A stretch of DNA of 33,347 nucleotides from assembly GCA_025360945.1 (NCBI GenBank), contig JANYBE010000136.1, forward strand, positions 1 through 33,347. The letters run 5' to 3'. The notes beneath the pieces were generated by a model. The model had not been told where the DNA came from and did not search any database. It worked only from the letters and a program-made list of their open reading frames with translations. Made by a program: the position numbers and the translations under genes. Shown here in pieces: positions 17,198 to 27,338 of this stretch. The stretch is from Rhizobacter sp. Its GTDB lineage: Bacteria > Pseudomonadota > Gammaproteobacteria > Burkholderiales > Burkholderiaceae_C. How positions within the stretch are numbered: the stretch's first letter is position 1; each line of letters starts with the position of its first letter.

Positions 17198-18235
17198 ATG
17201 ACGATCACGAATCTGGACGCGCTGACCCGCACGATCGACCACCGCGAGATTTTCCATGATGAGATGCTGTCGCTTGTGCGGCGCATCATGAGCGGCGAGA
17301 TGTCGCCGGTGATGATGGCCGCGCTGCTCGTCGGCCTGCGCGTAAAGAAGGAAACCATCGGCGAGATCACAGCGGCGGCGCAGGTGATGCGCGAATTCTC
17401 GACCAAGGTCGAGGTCACCGACCGCACGCACCTGGTCGACATTGTCGGCACCGGCGGAGACGGCTCGCACACCTTCAACATCTCGACCTGCAGCATGTTC
17501 GTCGCCGCCGCGGCCGGTGCGCGCGTCAGCAAGCATGGCAATCGCGGCGTCAGCAGTAAGTCTGGCAGCTCTGATGTGCTGGAGGCGCTCGGCGTGCCGA
17601 TGACGTTGTCGCCGGCAGCGATCTCGCAGTGCATCAAAGATACCGGCATCGGCTTCATGTTCGCGCCCAACCACCACCCGGCGATGAAGAACGTCGCCCC
17701 GGTGCGCAAGGAACTCGGCATCCGCACGATCTTCAACATCCTCGGGCCCCTGACCAACCCGGCCGATGCGCCCAACATTCTGATGGGCGTGTTCCACCCC
17801 GACCTGGTCGGCATCCAAGTGCGCGCATTGCAGCGCCTGGGCGCCGAGCACGCGGTTGTCGTCTATGGCCGCGACGGCATGGACGAGGTTTCGCTCGGCG
17901 CCGCGACGATGGTCGGCGAGTACAGGGACGGCGGCATCCACGAGTACGAGATCCACCCCGAGGACTTCGGACTGACGATGGCCAGCAACCGCGCGCTGAA
18001 GGTCGAGACGCCGGAGCAATCCAAGACGCTGCTGCGCTCTGTGCTGGCCAACGAGACCGGTGCGGCGCGCGACATCGTGATGCTGAACGCGGGCGTTGCG
18101 CTGTACGCGGCGAATGTTGCAACGACGATGCAGGACGGGGTGGCGCTGGCGCGCGAGGCGCTGGCCTCGGGCAAGGCGCTCGCGAAGATGAACCAGTTCA
18201 TCGCGCGCACGCAGGAGTTGGCTGCCAATGAGTGA
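17198..18235 (+). CDS. trpD: Anthranilate phosphoribosyltransferase
   Basis: From MTITNLD: [33 protein letters not shown]. True start is ATG 17198, not 16577. Confidence 0.96.
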   Translation: MTITNLDALTRTIDHREIFHDEMLSLVRRIMSGEMSPVMMAALLVGLRVKKETIGEITAAAQVMREFSTKVEVTDRTHLVDIVGTGGDGSHTFNISTCSMFVAAAAGARVSKHGNRGVSSKSGSSDVLEALGVPMTLSPAAISQCIKDTGIGFMFAPNHHPAMKNVAPVRKELGIRTIFNILGPLTNPADAPNILMGVFHPDLVGIQVRALQRLGAEHAVVVYGRDGMDEVSLGAATMVGEYRDGGIHEYEIHPEDFGLTMASNRALKVETPEQSKTLLRSVLANETGAARDIVMLNAGVALYAANVATTMQDGVALAREALASGKALAKMNQFIARTQELAANE

Positions 18236-19016
18236 CATCCTGGACCAGATCGTTGCGGTCAAGCGCGACGAGATTTCTCTGGCGCGGCGCGCGCGCGATC
18301 TGCCGTCGCTGCGCCGCGACGCCGAATCGCTGGGCGGGCAGCGCGACTTCATCGCCGGGCTGCGCGCAAAGATCGCCGCGGGCGATGCCGGGGTGATCGC
18401 CGAGATCAAGAAGGCGAGCCCGAGCAAGGGCGTGCTGCGCGAGCGTTTTGATCCCGCCGGGATCGCCGAGTCCTACGCCGAGCACGGCGCGACCTGCCTG
18501 AGCGTGCTGACCGATGTGCACTTCTTCCAGGGCAGTGCCGCCTACCTCGAACAGGCGCGCGCCGCCTGCGCGCTGCCGGTGCTGCGCAAGGACTTTATCG
18601 TCGATGCCTACCAGCTGTTCGAGGCGCGAGCGATGAGCGCGGACTGCATTCTGCTGATCGCTGCCTGCCTCGACGACGCGTTGCTGGTCGACCTCGAAGC
18701 GCAAGCGCACGCGCTTGGCATGGCGGTGCTGGTCGAGGTGCACGACGGCGCCGAGCTCGATCGCGCGCTGCGTCTGAAGACACCGCTGCTGGGCATCAAC
18801 AACCGCAACCTGCGCACGTTCGAGGTGACGCTGCAGACGACGCTGGACCTGCTGCCGCAGGTGCCGAACGATCGCCTGCTTGTCACCGAAAGCGGCATCC
18901 TCGTGCGCGCTGACGTGCAGCGCATGCGTGATGCGAACGTGTACGCCTTCCTTGTCGGCGAAGTCCTCATGCGCGCACCCGATCCGGGCGCGGCATTGGC
19001 GGCGCTGTTCGCGTGA
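18228..19016 (+). CDS. trpC: Indole-3-glycerol phosphate synthase
   Basis: [39 protein letters not shown]. Confidence 0.97.
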   Translation: MSDILDQIVAVKRDEISLARRARDLPSLRRDAESLGGQRDFIAGLRAKIAAGDAGVIAEIKKASPSKGVLRERFDPAGIAESYAEHGATCLSVLTDVHFFQGSAAYLEQARAACALPVLRKDFIVDAYQLFEARAMSADCILLIAACLDDALLVDLEAQAHALGMAVLVEVHDGAELDRALRLKTPLLGINNRNLRTFEVTLQTTLDLLPQVPNDRLLVTESGILVRADVQRMRDANVYAFLVGEVLMRAPDPGAALAALFA

Positions 19017-19735
19017 CGCTGGCCGACAACCGCCTGCACGCACCGCTCGCGCAGGTGTTCGCGCAAGTGCCTGCGGCGTGGCGCAAAGTCACCGATGCTT
19101 TTCTCGCGAGCGCGCAAGGTCAGGCGTTGAGGGCGTTCGTCGATCAGCGCGTGCGGGGCGGCGCGATCGTGTATCCGGATCGCGTGTTCCGCGCGCTCGA
19201 GCTCACCGCGCCGCAAGAGGTTCGCGTCGTGATCCTCGGCCAGGACCCTTACCACGGCCCAGGCCAGGCGCAGGGTCTCGCGTTCTCAGTCGCCCCCGGC
19301 CAGAAGAAACTGCCGCCCAGCCTGCGCAACATGCTGAAGGAAGTGCACGCCGACACCGGTGCGCCATCGATGTGCCGCGACGACCTGACACCGTGGGCAC
19401 GCCAAGGCGTGCTGCTGCTCAACAGCGCGCTGACCGTCGAGGACGGCTCGCCGCAAAGCCACGCCGGCTGCGGCTGGGAGCCGCTGACCGACGCGCTGCT
19501 CGCGTTCGTCGCGGCGAGTCCCGAGCCGATCGCGTTCATGCTGTGGGGTGCCTCGGCGCAACGCAAGCGGCTGCTGATCGAACACCCCGGGCGGCATCGG
19601 GTGCTCGCAGCAAATCATCCGTCGCCCCTGTCGGCGCTGCGTCCGCCGCTGCCGTTCATTGGCTGCCGGCATTTCAGTCTGGCGAACCAATTCCTGGCGG
19701 AGCAGCGGACCGATACCGAACCGATTCGCTGGTAG
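19013..19735 (+). CDS. ung: Uracil-DNA glycosylase (family 1)
   Basis: [35 protein letters not shown]. Confidence 0.96.
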   Translation: MTLADNRLHAPLAQVFAQVPAAWRKVTDAFLASAQGQALRAFVDQRVRGGAIVYPDRVFRALELTAPQEVRVVILGQDPYHGPGQAQGLAFSVAPGQKKLPPSLRNMLKEVHADTGAPSMCRDDLTPWARQGVLLLNSALTVEDGSPQSHAGCGWEPLTDALLAFVAASPEPIAFMLWGASAQRKRLLIEHPGRHRVLAANHPSPLSALRPPLPFIGCRHFSLANQFLAEQRTDTEPIRW

Positions 19736-19750
19736 CCGGCTGCACGTTGG

Positions 19751-19846
19751 CGGTACGGCATTGGTACCCAATTGGCCTGCGACCAGAACCGTGATTTGGG
19801 ACCCCGGCAATTGACACATTGGTATTACTGGTACTAAACTGGTTTT
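19751..19846 (+). promoter_or_regulatory. nag operon promoter (TTGACA -35 at 19811, TAAACT -10 at 19835) overlapped by TGGTA-type direct-repeat operators
   Basis: TGGTATT (19820), TGGTACT (19829), TGGTTTT (19840), plus CGGTACG (19751), TGGTACC (19762), TGGCCTG (19773). Confidence 0.7.
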
Positions 19847-19909
19847 ATCGGTCGGCAGTCGTCGATCCCCCTCGTTCGGCGCTGGCCGATCGGTCAAGAC
19901 GGACGTTCG

Positions 19910-20785
19910 ATGCTCGAGTTTCTGATCGGTGTGGATGGTGGCGGGTCGGGCACGCGGGCACTGCTGGCGCGAGGTGACGGAACCGTGATCGGCGACGGTA
20001 AGGCCGGCCCGTCGGCGCTGTCGCGCGGCATCGCTGCGGCGTGGCAGGCGATCGAGACCGCAGCGACGCGCGCCTTCGAATCTGCCGACCTGGCCCCCTC
20101 GCCCTGGCGCCACTGCGCACTTGGCGCGGGCCTGTCCGGTGCCAGCCACACGCCGTGGCGCGACGCCTTCCTCGCGGCCAATGTCGGCTTCGCGCGCATC
20201 GCGCTCGACAGCGATTCGTTCACGATGCTGCTCGGTGCCCACGCGGGTCGGCCGGGCGCGATCGTCGCTGCCGGTACCGGCAGCGTCGGCGAGGTGCTGC
20301 GTGCCGATGGCTCGCGCGCAAGCATCGGTGGCTGGGGTTTCCCGATCGGCGATGAGGGTGGCGGCGCGTGGCTCGGCTGGCACGCTGTGCGTCACGCGCA
20401 GGCGGCGATCGAAGGCCGCGTGACAGTCGGCCCTCTTGCACGACACATGTGGACGACCTGCGGTGCCGATCGCGGTGCGCTGCTCGACTGGTGCCGCAGC
20501 GCCGGCCAGTTCGAATACGCGCAGCTCGCCCCGGCGGTGTTCGGCGCCGAGACCGATGACGCGCACGCGGCGGCGCTGCTCGCGTCCGCGGTCGTCGAAC
20601 TCGAGACCCTTGCGCTCGCGCTCGACCCCGAAGGCGTCCTGCCGTTGGCTGTCTCCGGCAGCATCGGCCGGCGCCTCGGGCCGCGCTTCTCGCCGACGCT
20701 GCGTAGTCGCTGTGTCGATCTCGCACAGGGCGCCGACGCGGGCGCGCTGACGTTGATCCGCCGCGCGCTTCAGGCACTGCCGTGA
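19910..20785 (+). CDS. nagK: BadF/BcrAD-type sugar kinase, probable N-acetylglucosamine kinase
   Basis: IGVDGGGSGT, AAGTGS, GGWGFPIGDEGGGAWLG; heads the nagA/SIS operon. Confidence 0.8.
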   Translation: MLEFLIGVDGGGSGTRALLARGDGTVIGDGKAGPSALSRGIAAAWQAIETAATRAFESADLAPSPWRHCALGAGLSGASHTPWRDAFLAANVGFARIALDSDSFTMLLGAHAGRPGAIVAAGTGSVGEVLRADGSRASIGGWGFPIGDEGGGAWLGWHAVRHAQAAIEGRVTVGPLARHMWTTCGADRGALLDWCRSAGQFEYAQLAPAVFGAETDDAHAAALLASAVVELETLALALDPEGVLPLAVSGSIGRRLGPRFSPTLRSRCVDLAQGADAGALTLIRRALQALP

Positions 20786-21525
20786 AGAAGAACACTTTGC
20801 TCGGCTTCAAGCCTGACACCCGCGACAGCTCCCCGCTGTATATGCAGCTTGCGCGCAAGCTCGGTCAGGCGATCCGCGACGGTCGCTACCAGGCCGACGA
20901 GGCACTGCCGTCCGAACGGCTGCTGTCCGAATCGCTGGATGTCTCGCGCGTGACGGCGCGCAAGGCGATCGACCAACTCGTCGAGCAAGGCCTGATCGTG
21001 CGCCGCCGCGGCTCGGGCAACTACATTGCACCACGCATCGAGCAGCCGCTGTCGCGCCTGACGAGCTTCTCCGAGGAGCTGCAACAGCGCGGCTACACGC
21101 CATCGTCGCGCTGGCTCAAGCGCGCGCTCACGGCGGCCGTGCCGGACGAGCAGCTGAGCCTGGGCCTCTCGCCCGGCGCGCGCGTCGCGCGGCTCGAACG
21201 ACTGCGACTGGCCGACGACGTGGTGATGGCCTACGAAGTGAGCGTACTGCCCGAGTCCGTGCTGCCGAGGCCCGAGGCAGTGAAGGGCTCGCTCTACGAA
21301 TACCTGACCAGCGAGCGCCAGGCACCGGTGCGTGCGCTGCAGCACATCCGTGCGCTGAACGCGCCGCTGCGGCTGGCCGAGCAGCTCGGCGTGCCGGTCG
21401 GCCAGGCGGTCTTGTTCATTACCCGCATCGGCTACCTCGAATCGGGCCAGGCGGTGGAGTTGACGCATTCGTACTGCCGCAGCGACTACTACGATTTCGT
21501 GGCCGAAATGAGGCGCGACGCATGA
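20782..21525 (+). CDS. GntR/HutC-subfamily regulator (wHTH plus UTRA), NagQ/NagR-like
   Basis: PLYMQL, LPSER, VSRVTARKA, GSGNY, LTSFSEE, C-terminal UTRA. Confidence 0.9.
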   Translation: MKKNTLLGFKPDTRDSSPLYMQLARKLGQAIRDGRYQADEALPSERLLSESLDVSRVTARKAIDQLVEQGLIVRRRGSGNYIAPRIEQPLSRLTSFSEELQQRGYTPSSRWLKRALTAAVPDEQLSLGLSPGARVARLERLRLADDVVMAYEVSVLPESVLPRPEAVKGSLYEYLTSERQAPVRALQHIRALNAPLRLAEQLGVPVGQAVLFITRIGYLESGQAVELTHSYCRSDYYDFVAEMRRDA

Positions 21526-22667
21526 CGACACCGAATCCCGCACGCATCCGTGGGCGAATCCTCACGCCGCAAGGCTTCATCGACGGCAGCATCGAAGCCG
21601 GCGCTGACGGCCGCGTCGCCCGCATCGAGGGAGTGGCGGTCGCTCTCGACGCCGCGCGCGACACGCGCCAGCCGCTGATCCTGCCAGGCTTCGTCGATCT
21701 GCACGTGCACGGCGGGGGCGGCCACGACATCATGGAAGGCGGGCAGGCCGCCGCGCGCGTCGCCGAGCTGCACGCGTGCCACGGCACGACGGCGATGCTC
21801 GCGACGACGATGACGGCGCCGATGTCGGACCTGGTGACGGCGTTCGCCGCGCTGACCGGCGTCGCCCAACGGCGCGGCCCGCGCGCCGCGCGGGTGCTCG
21901 GCGTGCACCTCGAAGGCCCGTTCATCAACCCCGGCAAGCTCGGCGCCCAACCCAATTACGCGCGGCCGGTGAATCCCGACGAGATCCGCCGCCTGCATGC
22001 GATGGCGCCGATCCGGCTGATCACGCTCGCGCCCGAGACGGCCGGCAACATGGACGTGATCGAGTCGCTCTGCGCCGCCGGCTACCGGGTGCAGATCGGC
22101 CACACGCTGGGCAGCTACGAGGACGGTGTGCGGGCGCTGGCGCATGGCGCGGGCGGCTTCACGCATCTGTTCAACGCGATGACCGGCATGCACCACCGCG
22201 AGCCCGGCATGGTCGGCGCGGCGCTCGCGCACGCGACCTACTCCGAGATCATCCCGGACCTGTTGCACGCGCATGTCGGAGCGATCCGAGTCGCGCTGCG
22301 CGCGATTCCCTGCCTGTACTGCGTGACCGACTCGACCGCCGCCGCCGGCATGCCCGACGGCGACTACAAGCTCGGCCGCCACAAGGTCACCAAATGCCTG
22401 GGCGGCGTGCGCCTGGCCGACGGCACGCTGGCCGGCTCGACGCTGACGATGGACCAGGCGCTGCGCAACCTTGTCGACGAGCTCGGTCTCGACCTGGCCG
22501 ACGCCTCGCGCCGCACCGCGACCCACGCCGCGGATTACCTCGGCGCGACCGATCGCGGCCGCTTGCACACGGGCGCGTGGGCCGACTGGGTCGTGCTTGA
22601 CCGCGACCTGCAACTCACCGATGTGTTCGTGGAAGGAGTGTCGATTGAATTCGCGCATGCGGGATGA
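21522..22667 (+). CDS. nagA: N-acetylglucosamine-6-phosphate deacetylase
   Basis: PGFVDLHVHG, GVHLEGPFI, THLFNAM, VTDS, GTLAGSTLTMD. Confidence 0.96.
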   Translation: MTTPNPARIRGRILTPQGFIDGSIEAGADGRVARIEGVAVALDAARDTRQPLILPGFVDLHVHGGGGHDIMEGGQAAARVAELHACHGTTAMLATTMTAPMSDLVTAFAALTGVAQRRGPRAARVLGVHLEGPFINPGKLGAQPNYARPVNPDEIRRLHAMAPIRLITLAPETAGNMDVIESLCAAGYRVQIGHTLGSYEDGVRALAHGAGGFTHLFNAMTGMHHREPGMVGAALAHATYSEIIPDLLHAHVGAIRVALRAIPCLYCVTDSTAAAGMPDGDYKLGRHKVTKCLGGVRLADGTLAGSTLTMDQALRNLVDELGLDLADASRRTATHAADYLGATDRGRLHTGAWADWVVLDRDLQLTDVFVEGVSIEFAHAG

Positions 22668-23667
22668 GGCGCTCGAGGCGCCCGCCACGGTGGCCGAGTT
22701 GCTCGCGCACGACGAGACCGCCTACAGCCGTTTCGGCGCCTGGTTGCGCGAGCATTCGCCGAGCTCGTTGCTGACGGTGGCGCGCGGCAGCTCAGACCAC
22801 GCCGCGCAGTTCATGGCTTACCTGATCATGGCGCGCATGGGACGGCTGGTCACGTCGCTGCCGATGTCGCTGGTGACGCTGTACCAGTCGCAGATCCATT
22901 GCGATGGCCTGGTCTCGTTTGCGTTCTCGCAATCGGGCCAGAGCCCGGATCTGGCGTTGCCGACGCGCTTCTTCTCGGCCGGCGGCGCGTGCACCGCGGC
23001 CTTCGTCAACGACCCCGAATCGCCGCTCGCGCAGGCCTCGCAGTGGGTGTTCCCGCTGCACGCCGGGCGCGAGGCCAGCGTCGCCGCGACCAAGAGCTAT
23101 ATCGCGCAACTCGTCGCCGGTGCGCGCCTCGTCGCGGCGTGGCAGGACGATGTGGTGCTGCAATCGGCAATCGCCGGTCTGCCCGATGTGCTGTCGCGCG
23201 CTGCGCGTGCCGATTGGTCGAGTGCCGTTGACGCACTCGCCGACGCCGATCGCCTCTTCGTGATCGGCCGCGGCACGGGCCTCGCGATTGCACAGGAAGC
23301 GGCGCTCAAGTTCAAGGAGACCTGCGCGATCCAGGCCGAGGCCTTCTCGGGCGCCGAAGTGCAGCACGGGCCGATGGCACTCGTCGGCGACGACTTTCCG
23401 CTGCTGATCTTCGCACCGCGCGGACCGGCGCAGGTCGGGCTGCTGCAGCTCTCCGACGAGATGCGCGCGCGCGGTGCGCGCGTGCTGCTCGCGGCGCCCG
23501 CCGGCACGCCGGGTGCGACCCTGCCGCTGATCGAAACCGGTGCGATCGACCTCGATCCGATCGCGGCGATCCAGAGCTTCTATCCGATGGTCGAGGCGCT
23601 CGCACGGCGTCGCGGTTTCGATCCGGACCGTCCGCGGCATCTGGCAAAAGTCACGCGCACGCACTGA
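22645..23667 (+). CDS. Double-SIS-domain glucosamine-6-phosphate deaminase (NagB-II type)
   Basis: ARGSSDHA, SQSGQSPD, VAATKSY, EAALKFKE, AEVQHGP, LAKVTRT; GAAGGAG RBS before TTG 22645 (alternative ATG 22657). Confidence 0.88.
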   Translation: MNSRMRDEALEAPATVAELLAHDETAYSRFGAWLREHSPSSLLTVARGSSDHAAQFMAYLIMARMGRLVTSLPMSLVTLYQSQIHCDGLVSFAFSQSGQSPDLALPTRFFSAGGACTAAFVNDPESPLAQASQWVFPLHAGREASVAATKSYIAQLVAGARLVAAWQDDVVLQSAIAGLPDVLSRAARADWSSAVDALADADRLFVIGRGTGLAIAQEAALKFKETCAIQAEAFSGAEVQHGPMALVGDDFPLLIFAPRGPAQVGLLQLSDEMRARGARVLLAAPAGTPGATLPLIETGAIDLDPIAAIQSFYPMVEALARRRGFDPDRPRHLAKVTRTH

Positions 23668-23670
23668 GCC

Positions 23671-25161
23671 ATGATGCATCCCGGTCAACTCGTGATGGTC
23701 AACATCCAGGGCACCGCGCTGGATGCCGCGCAGGCCACGTTCCTGCGCAAGCACCACATTCGCGCGGTCTGCCTGTTCCGTGGCAACCTCGGCAGCGAGG
23801 ACGAGGTGCGCCAGCTCACCAAAGACTTGCGTGAGGTGATGGGCGAGAGCGCGCTGATCGGCATCGACCAAGAAGGCGGCTCGGTCGTGCGTGCCACCTT
23901 CGTGCCGCAACCGCCCGCGGCGATGGCGCTCGGCGCCTGTGGCGACGCGGTGCTTGCGGAGTCGGTCGGCGAGGCGGTCGGCCGCGCCGTGAAGAGCCTG
24001 GGCTTCAACTGGGATTTCGCGCCGGTGCTCGACGTCAACAATAACCCGGCGAACCCGGTGATCGCTGAGCGCAGCTTCGCCGAAGACCCGGCCGAGGTCA
24101 CGCGCCTTGCCGGTGCGTGGATGCGCGGCGCGCTGCGCGCCGGCGTGGCCTGCTGCGTCAAGCACTTTCCGGGGCATGGCGACACGCACGTCGATTCGCA
24201 CTTGGACCTGCCGATCGTCGACAAGTCGCTGCCCAAATTGCAGGCGCTCGAGTTCGCGCCGTTCCACGCGCTGCGCCTTGAAGCGCCTGCGATGATGACG
24301 GCGCACATCGTGTACCCGCAGCTCGACCCCGAACACCCGGCCACGCTCTCGCGCAAGGTGCTCGGCGGTCTGCTGCGCGGCGAGTGGGGCTACGACGGCG
24401 TCGTGATCACCGACTCGCTGGTGATGAAGGCGATCCACGAGCGCTACGGCCATGACCGCGCCGCGGTGCTAGCCTTGCAGGCCGGCGCCGACATGGTGAT
24501 GGCGCTCGGCAGTCAGGATGAGCAGCGCGCGGCGATCGATGCGATCGCCGCGGCGCGCGAGAGTGGCGCGTTGCACGACGACGCGCTGCGAACCGCACAG
24601 GCACGGCTGGACGCACTGGCGCGCCGCTTCCCGGCGCAGGGCGCGGCGTACCCGGCCGCGCAGCGCGCGCACGATGACACCTTGATGCGTGGCGCGTGGG
24701 CGCGTGCGCTGACGGCGATCGGTTCGCCGAGCGCGCCGCGGCGCGAGCAGCCACTGCGCGTCGTGACGCAACGCATCGTGCCCTGCGACGGCGTCTCCGA
24801 AGCCGGCCCATCGGGTGAGCAGGTCGCCGCGCTGTTTGCACGATTTACCGATGTGCAACTGGTGCAGCTCGACGACCTCGTGCGTTTCGAGGGCGAGATC
24901 GCGGCGCGGGATGGCCGTCGCACCGTGCTCGTCTCGAACCACCGCAACCGCTACGCGCCCGCGAGCCGGGGCTGGTGCCCCGACCTGCACATTGCGCTGT
25001 GGAACCCGTTCCAGGTGCTCGACATCGCTGCGCCTGCGGTTGTGACCTGGGGCTACGCCGACGGCGCGCTGGACGGCCTGCGCGCGTGGCTCGAAGGGCG
25101 TGCCGAATTGCCGGGCCGCTCGCCGGTGCATCTCACTCTTGCACGCCAGGATCTTCGATGA
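23671..25161 (+). CDS. nagZ: GH3 beta-N-acetylhexosaminidase
   Basis: IDQEGG, FAPVLD, KHFPGHGDTHVDSH (NagZ Asp-His motif), MTAH, ITDSLVM; no signal peptide. Confidence 0.9.
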   Translation: MMHPGQLVMVNIQGTALDAAQATFLRKHHIRAVCLFRGNLGSEDEVRQLTKDLREVMGESALIGIDQEGGSVVRATFVPQPPAAMALGACGDAVLAESVGEAVGRAVKSLGFNWDFAPVLDVNNNPANPVIAERSFAEDPAEVTRLAGAWMRGALRAGVACCVKHFPGHGDTHVDSHLDLPIVDKSLPKLQALEFAPFHALRLEAPAMMTAHIVYPQLDPEHPATLSRKVLGGLLRGEWGYDGVVITDSLVMKAIHERYGHDRAAVLALQAGADMVMALGSQDEQRAAIDAIAAARESGALHDDALRTAQARLDALARRFPAQGAAYPAAQRAHDDTLMRGAWARALTAIGSPSAPRREQPLRVVTQRIVPCDGVSEAGPSGEQVAALFARFTDVQLVQLDDLVRFEGEIAARDGRRTVLVSNHRNRYAPASRGWCPDLHIALWNPFQVLDIAAPAVVTWGYADGALDGLRAWLEGRAELPGRSPVHLTLARQDLR

Positions 25162-26417
25162 CCCCCTCCCGCTCGCCGATGTCCTGGGTGCCGACGCTGT
25201 ACCTCGCCGAGGGCCTGCCGTTCTACGCCGTCGCGCTGATCGCCGGCCTCATGTACAAGAGTCTGGGCGTACCGAACGAGCAGATCGCGCGCTGGACCGG
25301 CCTGCTCGGTTTCGCCTGGGTCTTCAAGCCGCTGTGGAGCCCGCTGCTCGAGGCGGCGCCGAGCAAGAAGTCGATGGTCGTGCTGTTCCAGGCGTGCAGT
25401 GCAGTCGGTCTCGGGCTCACCGCGCTGGCGCTGCAACTCCCGGCGTACTTCGCGCTCAGCATCGCGTTGCTGGCGCTGGTCGCGATCTCCGCGGCGACGC
25501 ACGACATCGCCGCCGACGGACTGTATATCGCAAGCCTGAGCGACAAGCAGCAGGCGGCGTACGCGGGCTGGCAGGGCGCGTTCTTCAACGCGGCCAAGTT
25601 CATGTCGCTTGGCGGGCTGGTGATCCTGGCCGGCTACTTCGAAAAGCGCATGCCGGTGGCCAACGCGTGGATGCTGATTTTCGGCTCGCTCGCGCTGATG
25701 ATGGCGACGCTTGCGCTGTACCACCTGTGGGCGCTGCCGGGTACACGCAACATCGCACGTGCCGACACCTCGGCCGGCAATGTCTGGCAGACGCTGGGCG
25801 ACGTGATCAAAGAGTTCTTCCGCAAGCCCGGCATCTGGCTCGCGATCCTGTTCATCATCCTGTTCCGTGCCGGCGAGGGGCAGATCCAGACCATTGGTCC
25901 GCTGTTCCTGCGCGAGGCCCGCAGCCTCGGCGGCCTGGGCCTGACGACCGACGAGGTCGGCTGGGTCTACGGCACGGCTGGCACGATCGCCTTCTTGGTC
26001 GGCAGCGTCTGCGGTGGCTACTTCACGTCGTGGCTGGGCCTGAAGCGCGCGATGTTCATCCTGATCCTCGCGGTCAACCTGCCCAATGCGGTCTTCTACT
26101 TCCTCAGCACCGTGGCGCCGACGAGCCTGGGCGTGATCGCGACGGCGCTGAGCCTGGAGATGTTCGGCTATGGCTTCGGCTTTGTCGGCGTGATCCTGTT
26201 CATCATGCAGGTCGTGGCACCCGGCAAGTACACGACAGCCCACTACGCGCTTGGCACTGGCGTCATGCAGCTCGGCTTCGTGTTCTTCAAGATGATCAGC
26301 GGCGACATCCAGACCGCGCTCGGCTACCAGCACTTCTTCCTGTGGGTGCTAGTGTCGGCAATTCCGGTGCTGGTGCTGTCGCGCTTCTTGAAGATCGGCG
26401 ACAAGGCCGCGGCGTGA
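25158..26417 (+). CDS. AmpG-like MFS transporter
   Basis: WVPTLYLAEGLP, WVFKPLWSP, AATHDIAADG AmpG-family motifs; about 12 TM helices; ATGA overlap with nagZ. Confidence 0.85.
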   Translation: MTPSRSPMSWVPTLYLAEGLPFYAVALIAGLMYKSLGVPNEQIARWTGLLGFAWVFKPLWSPLLEAAPSKKSMVVLFQACSAVGLGLTALALQLPAYFALSIALLALVAISAATHDIAADGLYIASLSDKQQAAYAGWQGAFFNAAKFMSLGGLVILAGYFEKRMPVANAWMLIFGSLALMMATLALYHLWALPGTRNIARADTSAGNVWQTLGDVIKEFFRKPGIWLAILFIILFRAGEGQIQTIGPLFLREARSLGGLGLTTDEVGWVYGTAGTIAFLVGSVCGGYFTSWLGLKRAMFILILAVNLPNAVFYFLSTVAPTSLGVIATALSLEMFGYGFGFVGVILFIMQVVAPGKYTTAHYALGTGVMQLGFVFFKMISGDIQTALGYQHFFLWVLVSAIPVLVLSRFLKIGDKAAA

Positions 26418-27334
26418 TGCGGGCGTCGTTCGTCGCCGCGTTGTTCGCGCTGCTCACCGGCTGCGCCTCGATGCCACGCGCCGACGACGGCGTGTTTTTC
26501 GACGACTTCAGTCAACCCGATCTCGCTTCACTCGCGCGCGATGGCTGGACCGTGCGCGAGAAACGCGGCCATCCCGGCCTTGATGGCGCTGGGTGGGGCT
26601 CGGGCGCCATCGCGCTCGTGCCCGATCCGCAATCCGGCGCCGGCGGCAATCGCCTGCTGCGCCTGAGCGCCAGCACCGATGGCACACCGCAGGGCACGAC
26701 TCAGGCGCAGCTGTGCCACGCGCGCAAGTATTTGGCAGGCACTTATGCGGCCCGCGTGCGCTTCAGCGACGCCCCGGTACAGGGGCCGGAAGGCGATGTG
26801 GTCGTGCAGACCTTCTACGCGGTGAGCCCGCTGAAGTTTGACTTCGACCCCGAGTACAGCGAGCTCGACTGGGAGTACCTGCCCAACGGTGGCTGGGGCG
26901 ATGCGCGCACGCGTCTGTACGGTGTCAGCTGGCAGACGGTGCGAATCGAGCCGTGGCTCGCGTTCAACCAGCCACACCAGGAGTTCCGTTCGATGGACGG
27001 CTGGCATGTGCTGTTGATGCAGGTGGCAAGCGGCACGACACGGCTCTTCATCGACGGCGAACTGCGGGCCGAGCACAGCGGGCGCAACTATCCGGTCGTG
27101 CCGATGTCGCTGAACTTCAGCGAGTGGTTCTCGCCCGGCGGTCTGCTGGCGGGTACCGTCGGCGTGGTTCGCCGCTACGAGCAGGATGTGGACTGGGTCT
27201 TCCACGCACGCAACCGTGTGCTGTCGCCGGCACAGGTGCAGGCCTCGGTCGAGGGGCTGCGTGCCGCCGGCACGACTCACACCGACAGCGTGCCGGCGGG
27301 CACGCCGGCGCTGGCCAGCCCTTGCGATTTCTGA
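26417..27334 (+). CDS. GH16-like (ConA/beta-jelly-roll) glycoside hydrolase lipoprotein
   Basis: Lipobox LTGC; FFDDF, GTYAARVRF, catalytic-type ELDWE (ExDxE), GWH; TGATG overlap with the MFS gene. Confidence 0.72.
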   Translation: MRASFVAALFALLTGCASMPRADDGVFFDDFSQPDLASLARDGWTVREKRGHPGLDGAGWGSGAIALVPDPQSGAGGNRLLRLSASTDGTPQGTTQAQLCHARKYLAGTYAARVRFSDAPVQGPEGDVVVQTFYAVSPLKFDFDPEYSELDWEYLPNGGWGDARTRLYGVSWQTVRIEPWLAFNQPHQEFRSMDGWHVLLMQVASGTTRLFIDGELRAEHSGRNYPVVPMSLNFSEWFSPGGLLAGTVGVVRRYEQDVDWVFHARNRVLSPAQVQASVEGLRAAGTTHTDSVPAGTPALASPCDF

Positions 27335-27338
27335 ACCC

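Noticed and set aside
16577-18235. 552-aa extended TrpD
   Set aside because: The extension overlaps ltaE out of frame and is low-complexity Arg/Ala/Gly; TrpD homology starts at 17198.
2663-26333. Long antisense ORFs (e.g. 2663-4369, 13563-15452, 16907-18427, 22792-24453, 25053-26333)
   Set aside because: They mirror well-supported genes on the opposite strand, as expected from stop-codon scarcity in GC-rich DNA, and show no recognisable motifs.
25100-27334. 744-aa ORF as a large fusion protein
   Set aside because: The first 439 codons are an off-frame shadow of nagZ/MFS; the real gene starts at ATG 26417 with a lipoprotein signal.
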